DNA of 64,000 bases from Clostridia bacterium (GTDB lineage Bacteria > Bacillota > Clostridia > Lutisporales > Lutisporaceae). The notes below the pieces were generated by a model that had not been told where the DNA came from, did not search any database, and saw only the letters and a list, made by a program, of their open reading frames with translations. The stretch covers positions 413 to 64,412 of the forward strand of contig DASPLL010000087.1 of assembly GCA_035627615.1 (NCBI GenBank). Reading direction: 5' to 3'. Below are positions 28,730 to 38,354 of this stretch, piece by piece. Both the position numbers and the translations under genes were made by a program. Positions within the stretch are counted from its first letter, which is position 1. Each line of letters starts with the position of its first letter.

Positions 28730-30079
28730 TTATACCAGGCCCTGAGCTTTCATAGCTTCAGCAACCTTGAGGAAGCCTGCGATGTTGGCGCCTGCAACCA
28801 GATTGTAACCGAATCCGAATTCTTCAGCAGCCTTCATTGCATTATTGTGTATGTTGATCATTATCTGGTGAAGCTTCTGGTCAACTTCTTCTGCTGTCCA
28901 TGAAAGTCTCATGCTGTTCTGTGACATTTCAAGGGCTGAAGTAGCAACACCACCAGCATTAGCAGCCTTTGAAGGTCCAACTATAACCTTGTTCTCGAGG
29001 AAGTATTCAACTGCTTCATTTGTACATGGCATGTTGGCAGCTTCGCAGACATACTTGATACCATTGGCAACTATCTGTTGTGCATGCTCCAGCTGAATGT
29101 CGTTCTGAGTAGCAGCAGGTATTATGATATCAGCTTTGACATTCCACGGCTTTTCGCCAGGGAAGAACTTAGCTCCATACTTGTCTGCATAATCCTGAAC
29201 TCTATCTCTTCCTGAATTACGCATTTCAAGAAGGTAATCTATCTTTTCACCAACTACTCCGTCCGGATCGTAAACATATCCGTCAGGACCTGAGAGTGTG
29301 ACAACCTTTCCGCCTAAATCTGCAACCTTTATGCATATACCCCATGCAACATTACCAAAACCTGAAATTGCAACTGTCTTGCCTTTGATTGTATCGCCTT
29401 CATGCTTCAGCATTTCATTACAGAAATATGTTACACCATAGCCTGTTGCTTCCGGTCTTACCAGGCTTCCGCCATAAGACAGACCCTTACCGGTAAGTAC
29501 GCCGTTTTCAAATACGCCTTTGATTCTTCTATACTGTCCATAGAGGTAGCCGATCTCTCTTCCGCCAACACCGATGTCCCCTGCAGGAACGTCGACATCC
29601 GGACCGATATATCTGTAAAGCTCAGTCATGAAGCTCTGGCAGAATCTCATTATTTCTGCATCAGACTTTCCTCTTGGGTCAAAGTCTGAACCACCCTTAC
29701 CGCCGCCTATTGGCAAACCTGTCAGGGAATTTTTGAATGTCTGTTCAAAGCCAAGGAATTTGATGATTCCTATGTATACTGATGAGTGGAATCTCAAGCC
29801 TCCCTTGTATGGTCCAATAGCTCCGTTGAACTGTACTCTAAAGCCTCTGTTAACCTGTACCTTACCTTTGTCATCCACCCACGGCACTCTGAATGTAAAC
29901 TGTCTTTCCGGTTCAACCAGACTTTCCATAATGCCGAGTTCTATGAAATCAGGACGTTTTTCAAGAACTGGAACCAAGGAATCAAGAACCTCTCTAACTG
30001 TCTGATGGAATTCCGGTTCTCCAGGATTTCTCTTTACGACTCTTTCGTAAAGCTCTTCGCAGTATTGTTTTGCGTTCAT
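28730..30079 (-). CDS. gdhA: NADP-specific glutamate dehydrogenase
   Basis: 449 aa with the catalytic motif LPIGGGKGGSDFDP and a GFGNVAWG dinucleotide fold. Confidence 0.95.
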   Translation of the reverse strand: MNAKQYCEELYERVVKRNPGEPEFHQTVREVLDSLVPVLEKRPDFIELGIMESLVEPERQFTFRVPWVDDKGKVQVNRGFRVQFNGAIGPYKGGLRFHSSVYIGIIKFLGFEQTFKNSLTGLPIGGGKGGSDFDPRGKSDAEIMRFCQSFMTELYRYIGPDVDVPAGDIGVGGREIGYLYGQYRRIKGVFENGVLTGKGLSYGGSLVRPEATGYGVTYFCNEMLKHEGDTIKGKTVAISGFGNVAWGICIKVADLGGKVVTLSGPDGYVYDPDGVVGEKIDYLLEMRNSGRDRVQDYADKYGAKFFPGEKPWNVKADIIIPAATQNDIQLEHAQQIVANGIKYVCEAANMPCTNEAVEYFLENKVIVGPSKAANAGGVATSALEMSQNSMRLSWTAEEVDQKLHQIMINIHNNAMKAAEEFGFGYNLVAGANIAGFLKVAEAMKAQGLV

Positions 30080-30526
30080 AGGTATCTCCCTCCAAAATAT
30101 TATTTTAGTTTTTACTTAAATGTCAAAATTCTGAGCTTTTTATAAACTCATATATAATATGTAGGCTCATGCTGTGCCCATATATATTATATAACAAGTT
30201 ACAAAATAGAGAAGTGCTTTTTATGAATTTTTTTAAAACTTACAAAAAAAATGCATTGATATTTCCAAAATTAGTGTAGCACATAAAATAATTTGGCTAT
30301 ATAATATCTTTCTATATAAAAATAAAAAATCCTGCGTATTTTTTAACCATTTATAAATTTGTTATATTTTTCACAGCCAAGGATTGTAGTAGAATAATAT
30401 TTATTATCATAGTATTCACAGAAACTGACGACAAAATGCAGATACATATATTTCACCGGAAACACTCAAAACATATCCGATCTCTGCTTATCATGCCATG
30501 GATATAACAAAAAAAATATCAATATA

Positions 30527-30555
30527 TTGGTAATTGTTTATTTTTGTGCTACAAT
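30527..30555 (+). promoter_or_regulatory. Sigma-A-type promoter candidate for the formate dehydrogenase operon
   Basis: TTGGTA, 17-nt spacer, TACAAT, with TG at -15/-14 (tgctacaat). This leaves a leader of about 125 nt. Confidence 0.45.
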
Positions 30556-30688
30556 ATATACATTTTATTGAGAATTTGTTATATTACTTACAAATGAAAA
30601 ATACTACAGCAAATTTTATGTCAATAAGATTAGTTGAATAATTCTGCGTACCAGGTTTCTACAACGCAGAACAAGGGGGAAGCAAGGA

Positions 30689-32725
30689 ATGAAAAAAGTA
30701 CTGACTACATGTGGTTACTGCGGCTGTGGCTGCAACTTCTATGTTAATGTACGGGACGGTGAGGTTGTAGGAGTTACTCCGAAATCCGACCATCCTGTAA
30801 ACCAGGGCAAGCTTTGCGTCAAAGGCTGGCATGGTTATAGCTTTGTCAATCATCCTGACCGGCTGAAGCAGCCAATGATCAGACAGGAGGATGGAAGCTT
30901 CAGGAAGGTGGCCTGGGACAAGGCTCTGGAGAATACAGCAGAAGAATTGAAACGGATAATATTTGAATATGGACCTGATTCAATCGGGGTGCTGTCTTCC
31001 GCAAGATGCACCAATGAAGAGAATTATCTTATGGTCAAGTTCGCAAGAGCCGTTCTGAAGACAGGCAATGTAGACCACTGCGCCCGCCTGTGACATAGTC
31101 CTACGGTGGCTAGTTTAGCTGCTGCATTCGGTAGCGGGGCAATGACCAACTCAATAGAAGAGCTGTCAAAGGCAGACGTAATATTTGTCATAGGCTCCAA
31201 TACAACAGAACAGCATCCTCTTATCGGTATGAGGATAAGGGAGGCTGTATTGAAAAAAAATGCAAGGCTTATTATTGCAGATCCCAGGTGCATACCTCTG
31301 GCAGAGCATGCCGCAGCTTATGCACCTCTGAGACCGGGAACCAATCTTGCATTTATCAACGGAATGCTTAATGTAATTGTTTCTGAAGGTATGACAAATG
31401 AAGAATTTGTTGGAAACAGAACAGAAGGCTTTGATGTATTCAAAGAATCTATTGCAAAATATACACCTGAAGCAGTAGCGGAGATAACAGGTGTTGACGC
31501 AGAAATGATAAGAGAATTTGCCAGGGTATTCGCAAAAGCTGAAAATGCTTCTATCGTATATGCCATGGGAATCACACAGCATGTCACAGGCTCGGCGAAT
31601 GTTGCCGCACTGGCGAACCTTGCATTGTTAACAGGGCAGATAGGAAAGGAAGCATCGGGAGTAAACCCTCTCCGCGGACAGAACAATGTACAGGGCGCTT
31701 GTGATATGGGTGCTCTCCCCAATGTATTTCCGGGGTATCAGCCGGTAACGGATGAAAAGGTCAGGGAGAAATTCAGAGCGGCATGGGGTAAGGATATTGC
31801 CTGCAACAATGGAATGACTGTATCCCAGATGATGGAGGAAGCAGCTCATGGCAGGATAAAGGCTTTGTTTATAATGGGCGAAAATCCCATGCTTTCCGAC
31901 CCCGATATAAATCATGTCGGTGATGCCCTGAAGAACCTCGAATTCCTGGTTGTACAGGATATATTCCCTACTGAGACAACACAGTATGCCAATGTGATAT
32001 TGCCGGGAACCAGCTTCCTGGAAAAGGACGGAACCTTTACAAATACTGAAAGAAGAGTACAACGAGTGAGAAAGGCTGTTGAACCGGCAGGAAACAGTAT
32101 GCCGGACTGGGAGATACTCTGTGCTCTGTTTAAGGTCTTCGGCCATCCTGCGGATTATAAGACACCGGGAGATATAATGGAGGAAATAAGAAGTCTTACT
32201 CCGAGCTATGGGGGAATCAGCTATAACAGATTGGATAAAGCCGGCTTGCAGTGGCCTTGTCCTGAGCTTTCACACCCGGGAACCAAATTCCTGCACAAGG
32301 ATAAGTTTTCAAGAGGCCTGGGAAAATTCACCGTTAATGAATACAGGGATCCCGGTGAACTGGCAGATAATGAGTATCCCCTTATAATGACGACAGGGAG
32401 GATACAGCATCATTACCATACGGGAACCATGACCAGAAGATCCTGGGCATTGGACAGGGAATATCCCCACGGCTTCATTGAAATGAATCCAAAGGATGCA
32501 GAAAAACTGGGAATAGTCAATAACAACAAAGTAAGGGTGACTTCCAGAAGAGGAGAGATCGAAACGGTTGCAATAATCACAGAGAAAATTACACCGGGCG
32601 TTGTTTTCATGCCCTTCCATTTTGCTGAAGCTCCAGCTAACAAGCTGACCAACAGAAATCTTGATCCGGTATCGCAAATACCTGAATTCAAGGTTTGCGC
32701 CGTAAGAATCGAGGGGGTAAAATAA
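30689..32725 (+). CDS. fdhA: Formate dehydrogenase catalytic subunit (FdhH-like molybdopterin enzyme) with selenocysteine at codon 135 (TGA 31091-31093)
   Basis: Track ORFs 30689..31093 and 31106..32725 are in the same frame, separated only by TGA. The context HCARL-U-HSPTVASL matches the FDH Sec active-site motif. N-terminal 4Fe-4S motif CGYCGCGC...C. Confidence 0.88.
31091..31093 (+). other. UGA selenocysteine recoding site
   Basis: The in-frame TGA occupies the active-site Sec/Cys position of molybdopterin formate dehydrogenases. Conserved FDH sequence continues downstream in the same frame. Confidence 0.85.
31118..31135 (+). promoter_or_regulatory. Candidate SECIS hairpin
   Basis: gcugcu / gguagc (with G-U pairs) and loop gcauuc, starting 25 nt after the UGA. 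Weak hand fold only. Confidence 0.25.
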
Positions 32726-34651
32726 ATGATGTTATTAAATAAGGAAGACATTACAAAATTGCTTGGGGTATGGTCAGGCAGCTTTGAGGTATATGCACCG
32801 GGCAGGCAGCAGAATGAGGATGTAATGTTCATGCCCTATGATGAGAAAAGCTTTACAATGGACTATCTGAACACTGTGATGCCGGTGAAGGAATACCTCT
32901 TCGAACAGAAGGAGAACCTGTACAACTGGCAGAAGAGCGACAGTGATATTCAGATTACGGAATTTGACCCAAGCAGGCTGAAAGCCAGAATACTGTTTGG
33001 CGTCAGAGCTTGTGATGCATATGGAATAGCATACCTGGACAGATTTTTTGCAGAGGAGTTCAGGGATCATAATTACGCAGGCAGAAGGGAAAAGACATAT
33101 ATAGTTGCAGTAAACTGTGTCGAGCCCGGGTATAACTGCTACTGCTCCTCCACTGGAGTCGGACCCTTTGCACAGAAGGGTTTTGATTTGATGCTCACTC
33201 CAATAGGCGATGAATACCTGGTTGAAGCAGGTACGGACAAGGGCAACGAGCTTATTGAACTGGCAGCCGGTATTATGGAGGATGTTGGGGAAGAAGCGGA
33301 GGAATTGAAGGAAGCCATAGAGAAAGCCGTTCTGGAAAAATTCATCAGCAGGGTGAATCTTAAAAACATTGCACAGGTAATGGATGAGACTTTTAATAAT
33401 GAGATATGGAAGGAAATATCAAAGCAGTGTATAGGCTGCACCGGCTGCACCAGTGTATGCCCGACCTGCACCTGCTTCAATATAGTAGAGGAAGAGGGCT
33501 GCTATGGTGAGAAATGCAGGGTCAGATACTGGGATTCCTGTCAGAGTGATTCCTTTACCAGAAATGCCGGGGGACATAACCCCAGGAATGAGGTCTCGCG
33601 GGTAAGGTACAGGATCTACGACAAGCTGAAGTATATAGAGGAAAGATTCGGCTTCAAGGGCTGCACCGGATGTGGAAGATGTATAAACGTATGTCCGGCA
33701 TTTATTGACATTATTGAAGTAGCTTCAAAGCTGAAGCAGGAATACAAGCATGATATGGAAGCAATGAAGCAGGATAATGCCGCGGCCGCAAGATTTGAGA
33801 TACATACCCATGGTCCGGAGCACCGCTGTGAAAATGTGTATAAGCCTCAGATAGCCGTGATAAAGGATATAATCCAGGAAACAAGGGACATAAAGCGGTT
33901 CATAATTCAATATGAAGATAAAACGCTGCATGAGAATTACAGGTTTACAGGGCAGTTTTTTGAGATTACGATATTTGGTGTAGGAGAGATAGCGATCTCA
34001 ATACCCTTCGGACCATCCCAGAAGGAGTACTTTGACTTCTGTGTGAAGAAGGCGGGCCGTGTTACATCTGCAATGCACGAACTGAAGGTAGGAGACAAGG
34101 TAGGTCTTAGAGGACCCTTCGGAAAAGGCTTCCCCTTTGAGGAAATTAAGGGAAGGGATATACTGATCGTAGGCAGCGGTGTAGGCCTGGCGCCTGTCCG
34201 TACAATGATCGTAAGGATAATGGAAAATATGAAGGATTTCGGAAGGCTGGTGGTAATAGCCAGTGCCACAACTTATGAGGGACTTGTTTATAAGGAGGAC
34301 CTTAAGAAATGGGCTGAAACCGACGGGGTTAAGGTACTGTACGCTCTCAGCAAGCCTACTGACAAGGTTGAGGCTTATGTAGGCTATATCAATGACCTGC
34401 TGCCGGAGCTCGGTCTGGATTGGGAAAATACTACCTCGGTATTATGTGCATCACCAAGGAGAATCAAAGCAGTGGCGAAGGACCTTATCAAGCTCGGAAT
34501 GAAAGGGACGGATATTCTTACATCCCTTGAGACCCACATGAGGTGTGGAATCGGAAAGTGCGGCCACTGTAAGGTAGGAAACAAATACATGTGTGTGGAC
34601 GGACCGGTGTTCAACTATGAAGAGATGCTGACTCTGCCTCCGGAATTCTAG
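32726..34651 (+). CDS. Fused FeS / flavin oxidoreductase: a HydB/AsrA-like 2x[4Fe-4S] module plus a HydG/AsrB/PyrK-like FAD-NAD(P)-[2Fe-2S] module
   Basis: The ATG abuts the fdhA TAA, and GAGGGGG lies 8 nt upstream. CIGCTGCTSVCPTCTC and CTGCGRCINVCP ferredoxin motifs, then an FNR-like fold and C-terminal CGIGKCGHCKVG...C. Confidence 0.8.
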   Translation: MMLLNKEDITKLLGVWSGSFEVYAPGRQQNEDVMFMPYDEKSFTMDYLNTVMPVKEYLFEQKENLYNWQKSDSDIQITEFDPSRLKARILFGVRACDAYGIAYLDRFFAEEFRDHNYAGRREKTYIVAVNCVEPGYNCYCSSTGVGPFAQKGFDLMLTPIGDEYLVEAGTDKGNELIELAAGIMEDVGEEAEELKEAIEKAVLEKFISRVNLKNIAQVMDETFNNEIWKEISKQCIGCTGCTSVCPTCTCFNIVEEEGCYGEKCRVRYWDSCQSDSFTRNAGGHNPRNEVSRVRYRIYDKLKYIEERFGFKGCTGCGRCINVCPAFIDIIEVASKLKQEYKHDMEAMKQDNAAAARFEIHTHGPEHRCENVYKPQIAVIKDIIQETRDIKRFIIQYEDKTLHENYRFTGQFFEITIFGVGEIAISIPFGPSQKEYFDFCVKKAGRVTSAMHELKVGDKVGLRGPFGKGFPFEEIKGRDILIVGSGVGLAPVRTMIVRIMENMKDFGRLVVIASATTYEGLVYKEDLKKWAETDGVKVLYALSKPTDKVEAYVGYINDLLPELGLDWENTTSVLCASPRRIKAVAKDLIKLGMKGTDILTSLETHMRCGIGKCGHCKVGNKYMCVDGPVFNYEEMLTLPPEF

Positions 34652-34732
34652 GAATCCGGGCGGATTATATAGTGGGAATTTATATATAATATATGTATTC
34701 CCACTATAATATTTATCAAAGGAGAAGCGGTA

Positions 34733-35455
34733 ATGGGGAACAGACAGCGTATAGACAAGATACTCTCCAATATGGGACATGGTACCAGAAAGGAAGTGAA
34801 GGAGCTTATAAAGAGCGGCCTGGCTGAAATTGACGGGAAGGTTGTGACAGATCCCGGAACACAGGTGGAGGCCGGTTTGCAGGTAATCCTGGTAGGTGGC
34901 CGTAAATTATTCTATGCGGAATCGATATATATAATGATGAATAAGCCTCAGGGTGTAATATCTGCTACTGAGGATACCCGTGAGCGGACGGTCGTCGATC
35001 TGCTGCCTGACGAATTCAGAGCCAGAAACCCTTTTCCGGTAGGCAGGCTGGACAAGGATACCGAAGGTCTGCTGCTGCTTACCAATGACGGGCAGCTTTC
35101 ACACAGGCTGCTGTCTCCCAGGAAGCATGTCCCAAAGACTTATTTGGCAAGGGTAGCAGGTAGGGTAAGCGATGAGGATGTGGAAGCCTTCAGCAGGGGT
35201 GTGACCCTGGAGGACGGATATAAGACCATGGCTTCACAGCTTGTGATATTGGAAAGGGGAAGCATATCACTGGTTGAGATCACAATTTATGAGGGTAAAT
35301 TTCATCAGGTCAAGAGGATGTTCCAGGCAGTAGGAAAAGAAGTCATATATTTAAAACGTATATCCATGGGAGAGCTTAAGCTGGATGAAGCTTTAGAACC
35401 CGGCGATTTCAGAGAGCTTAATCCGGATGAACGGAGAATGATTGGTATTCTGTAG
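34733..35455 (+). CDS. Pseudouridine synthase, RsuA/RluB family
   Basis: S4 domain (RIDKILSNMGHGTRKEVKELI) and catalytic motif GRLDKDTEGLLLLTNDG. Confidence 0.9.
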   Translation: MGNRQRIDKILSNMGHGTRKEVKELIKSGLAEIDGKVVTDPGTQVEAGLQVILVGGRKLFYAESIYIMMNKPQGVISATEDTRERTVVDLLPDEFRARNPFPVGRLDKDTEGLLLLTNDGQLSHRLLSPRKHVPKTYLARVAGRVSDEDVEAFSRGVTLEDGYKTMASQLVILERGSISLVEITIYEGKFHQVKRMFQAVGKEVIYLKRISMGELKLDEALEPGDFRELNPDERRMIGIL

Positions 35456-35535
35456 TTAAACTTCTTGTTGCATGTTTGTCTTTTAATTGGTAATATTATT
35501 AATTAGATAAATATCGAATTGGGGGGGTATTGAGG

Positions 35536-36564
35536 ATGCCAATGGAAATATATGGTGAAACCAATGAACCGAGTATAAGTGTTTTTAATTCTCCTGTAAT
35601 AGAATTGGTTTGCGCAGTTCATTTGCTTACAGATGCAGCCCATCACCAGTATGAAATAAAATGGGCGGAGGATTTGCTTGCAAAGCTTAAAAAAGAAGAT
35701 TTGAAAGCCCTGGATACCTTCAAGTTGTTTCCAGCCGGGGGGATGAACATACTGAACCTCATACTGGAAAGTGAAGAACTTACCTCAATACCAAGGTTCA
35801 TTGAGTACATAGAGCAGCTGGACCTGCTGGACTTTTATTTTTTCCTTTTAAATGAGGAGATAGATAAGGCAAGGATACAGAAAGCATTCACTGATAAGAA
35901 GGAACGGTACAGGATACAGGAAAAGATAAAATGGATAGTTGAAGAAAGCGAGCTCATGGAATTCTTTGAGCACCCAGGGAAGGTAAAGAGCAATACAGCA
36001 CATATTTACAGAACGATCCTTAATAATGATTTCCTGAAAAAGCTGGAACAGTGCAAGGATAAGATGGAAGCGGGGATACAGTATGTTGACAGCTTCAAAG
36101 GTAAAGACAGCATAGAATCAATTCTTGAAAAGATTTCAGGAAGGCCGAGGAAGCTGTTTACAGGTTATAAGGAGTATTATATCATTCCTTCATATTTTGT
36201 TTCACCCCAAAGGTGCATAAGGATATTCTCCGGAGATAAGCTTTATGTGGTATTTGACTGCAGAGTGACCAGAGATAAGAGAGAAGCATTGCTGGACGAG
36301 CTTTCCACCATATTGAAGGTCATTGATGATAAATCAAGGATGGAGATCCTCAGGCTGCTTGTAAATAACAAGAGCTATGGGAAGGCACTGTCCGACCTTG
36401 TGGGTATCTCCACGCCGACAGTATCACATCATCTGGACATACTAAAACAGGCAGGCTTTATAAAGGAAGAAAAAATCAGAAACATCAAATATTTTTATGC
36501 GGACAAGGAAAAGCTTAAAAAGGTTATAGATGATATAAACAAATATTTCTTCGGAGCCGAGTAA
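35536..36564 (+). CDS. ArsR-family HTH protein with a ~250-aa uncharacterised N-terminal domain
   Basis: C-terminal wHTH (MEILRLLVNNKSYGKALSDLVGISTPTVSHHLDILKQAGFI). I recognise no motif in the N-terminal domain. Confidence 0.7.
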   Translation: MPMEIYGETNEPSISVFNSPVIELVCAVHLLTDAAHHQYEIKWAEDLLAKLKKEDLKALDTFKLFPAGGMNILNLILESEELTSIPRFIEYIEQLDLLDFYFFLLNEEIDKARIQKAFTDKKERYRIQEKIKWIVEESELMEFFEHPGKVKSNTAHIYRTILNNDFLKKLEQCKDKMEAGIQYVDSFKGKDSIESILEKISGRPRKLFTGYKEYYIIPSYFVSPQRCIRIFSGDKLYVVFDCRVTRDKREALLDELSTILKVIDDKSRMEILRLLVNNKSYGKALSDLVGISTPTVSHHLDILKQAGFIKEEKIRNIKYFYADKEKLKKVIDDINKYFFGAE

Positions 36565-36720
36565 ATTTTGAGTCTTAAATTTTGGGTTGCATTAAGTGCA
36601 ACCTTTTTTCATATAAAAAAAGGAATATTTAAATTTATGTTGTATATAACATGTACATATAATTATGTACGTGATAATGCAACCAAACATATGCAAGTTA
36701 TTGCAGATGGAGATGTATAT

Positions 36721-37719
36721 ATGAAAATCAGAGAAATTACTGAAAGCATGGAAAAGCAGAATCTTTCAAAGTATGCTGCCTTAAGCATGAATACGAAAGG
36801 GCGGCTTCAGAACGAGGAAAAATGTGATATAAGAACAGATTTTCAAAGGGACAGGGACAGGATACTACACTCAAAGGCATTCAGGAGGCTGAAGCATAAA
36901 ACCCAGGTATTCATATCCCCTGAGGGGGATCATTACAGGACAAGGCTGACTCATACCCTTGAGGTATCACAGATAGCGCGTACCATTGCAAGAGCGCTCA
37001 GGCTGAACGAAGACCTGACTGAGGCAATAGCCCTCGGACATGACCTGGGGCATACGCCCTTCGGGCATGCAGGGGAGAAGGTCCTGAATGAGATACATCC
37101 TGGTGGATTCAAGCATAATGAACAGAGTTTGAGGGTCGTTGATATCCTCGAGGGAGGAAAAGGCCTTAACCTGACCTATGAGGTCAGAGATGGTATTTTG
37201 AGGCATACGGGAGATATGGCGCCGGAAACGCTGGAGGGCAGGATCGTCAGCTTGTCGGACAGGGTTGCCTATATAAATCATGATATTGATGACGCCTTAA
37301 GAGGCGGTATACTCAAAGCGTCTTCAATACCTGAAGAATGCATGAAGGTTCTTGGGTACACACACAAACAAAGGATAAATACAATGATAAATGACATAAT
37401 AACTGAAAGCATGTTCAAATCGGATATAATGATGAGCAGCAATGTGAGTCAGGCTACCAACGAGCTTAGGGAATTCATGTTTGACATGGTATACATCGGT
37501 TCGGCTGCCAAGGTTGAGGAGAAGAAAGCAAAGAACATAATAATGAGCCTGTATAAATACTATATGCAGAATCCGGAGGAAATACCGGTAGAGGATTCAA
37601 GGAAAAATGAGGATCTGGATGTAGAGAGGCGTGTGTGTGATTATATCGCAGGTATGTCCGACCGCTATGCAATAAATATTTTTACAAAACTGTTTATTCC
37701 ATCCCCCTGGCAGGCATGA
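36721..37719 (+). CDS. dGTP triphosphohydrolase-like HD-domain protein
   Basis: ATG 36721 gives about 332 aa; the track ORF adds 51 implausible codons. [21 protein letters not shown] and [11 protein letters not shown]. Confidence 0.85.
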   Translation: MKIREITESMEKQNLSKYAALSMNTKGRLQNEEKCDIRTDFQRDRDRILHSKAFRRLKHKTQVFISPEGDHYRTRLTHTLEVSQIARTIARALRLNEDLTEAIALGHDLGHTPFGHAGEKVLNEIHPGGFKHNEQSLRVVDILEGGKGLNLTYEVRDGILRHTGDMAPETLEGRIVSLSDRVAYINHDIDDALRGGILKASSIPEECMKVLGYTHKQRINTMINDIITESMFKSDIMMSSNVSQATNELREFMFDMVYIGSAAKVEEKKAKNIIMSLYKYYMQNPEEIPVEDSRKNEDLDVERRVCDYIAGMSDRYAINIFTKLFIPSPWQA

Positions 37720-37823
37720 GAAATAAAAATGAATAAAATTTCTTATATTTTGAAGGATATTTGAATTGCATGTCGAATAAATTTTAATTCGGCACGTTAA
37801 TTTGCAATTACTGAGGTATCTGG

Positions 37824-38279
37824 ATGAGAATACTTGTAGATGGAGATGCTTGTCCTGTTACTGCTTTGATTGGGAAAATAGCAGCCCGGCATGGAGTCGG
37901 TGTTGTTTTTTTTCACAGTACATGTCATCACAGCAGCAATTCTGATGGTAATGTCATGGAAAAAATAATGGTTGACAATGTATCACAGGCAGTGGATATG
38001 GCAATAATTAATAAGGCAGAAAAGGGAGATATAGTTGTGACCGGAGACTTCGGACTAGCATCCCTCGTACTTGGCAAGAAAGCTTATGCCGTATCCTTCA
38101 GCGGGATGATATTTAATGAGGGGAATATTGACCGGCTACTTTTTGAAAGGCATGTGTCGGGAGTCATAAGGAGAGGCGGCGGACGTACCAAAGGTCCTGC
38201 CAGACGAAGTGAAGGTGATGACAGGAATTTTGAAAAATCGCTTGACCTTCTAATTTCTCAAAACATGAAGGATATTTAG
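37824..38279 (+). CDS. yqxD: YaiI/YqxD family protein (UPF0178)
   Basis: The N-terminus ILVDGDACPV is typical. It sits immediately upstream of dnaG-sigA, as in Bacillus. Confidence 0.8.
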   Translation: MRILVDGDACPVTALIGKIAARHGVGVVFFHSTCHHSSNSDGNVMEKIMVDNVSQAVDMAIINKAEKGDIVVTGDFGLASLVLGKKAYAVSFSGMIFNEGNIDRLLFERHVSGVIRRGGGRTKGPARRSEGDDRNFEKSLDLLISQNMKDI

Positions 38280-38354
38280 AATAAATGGAGAATAAATATA
38301 TTAATTATTGATAAAAAATGCATTTCTAATTTAAGTAAAAAGGTGGATAAAGCG

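Noticed and set aside
29402-30145. Plus-strand ORFs opposite gdhA (95-125 aa)
   Set aside because: They are antisense to a highly conserved glutamate dehydrogenase gene.
31106-32725. Track ORF beginning at 31106, which could be read as an independent gene
   Set aside because: It is in frame with 30689..31093 and separated only by TGA at the FDH active-site Sec position. I treat it as one recoded gene.
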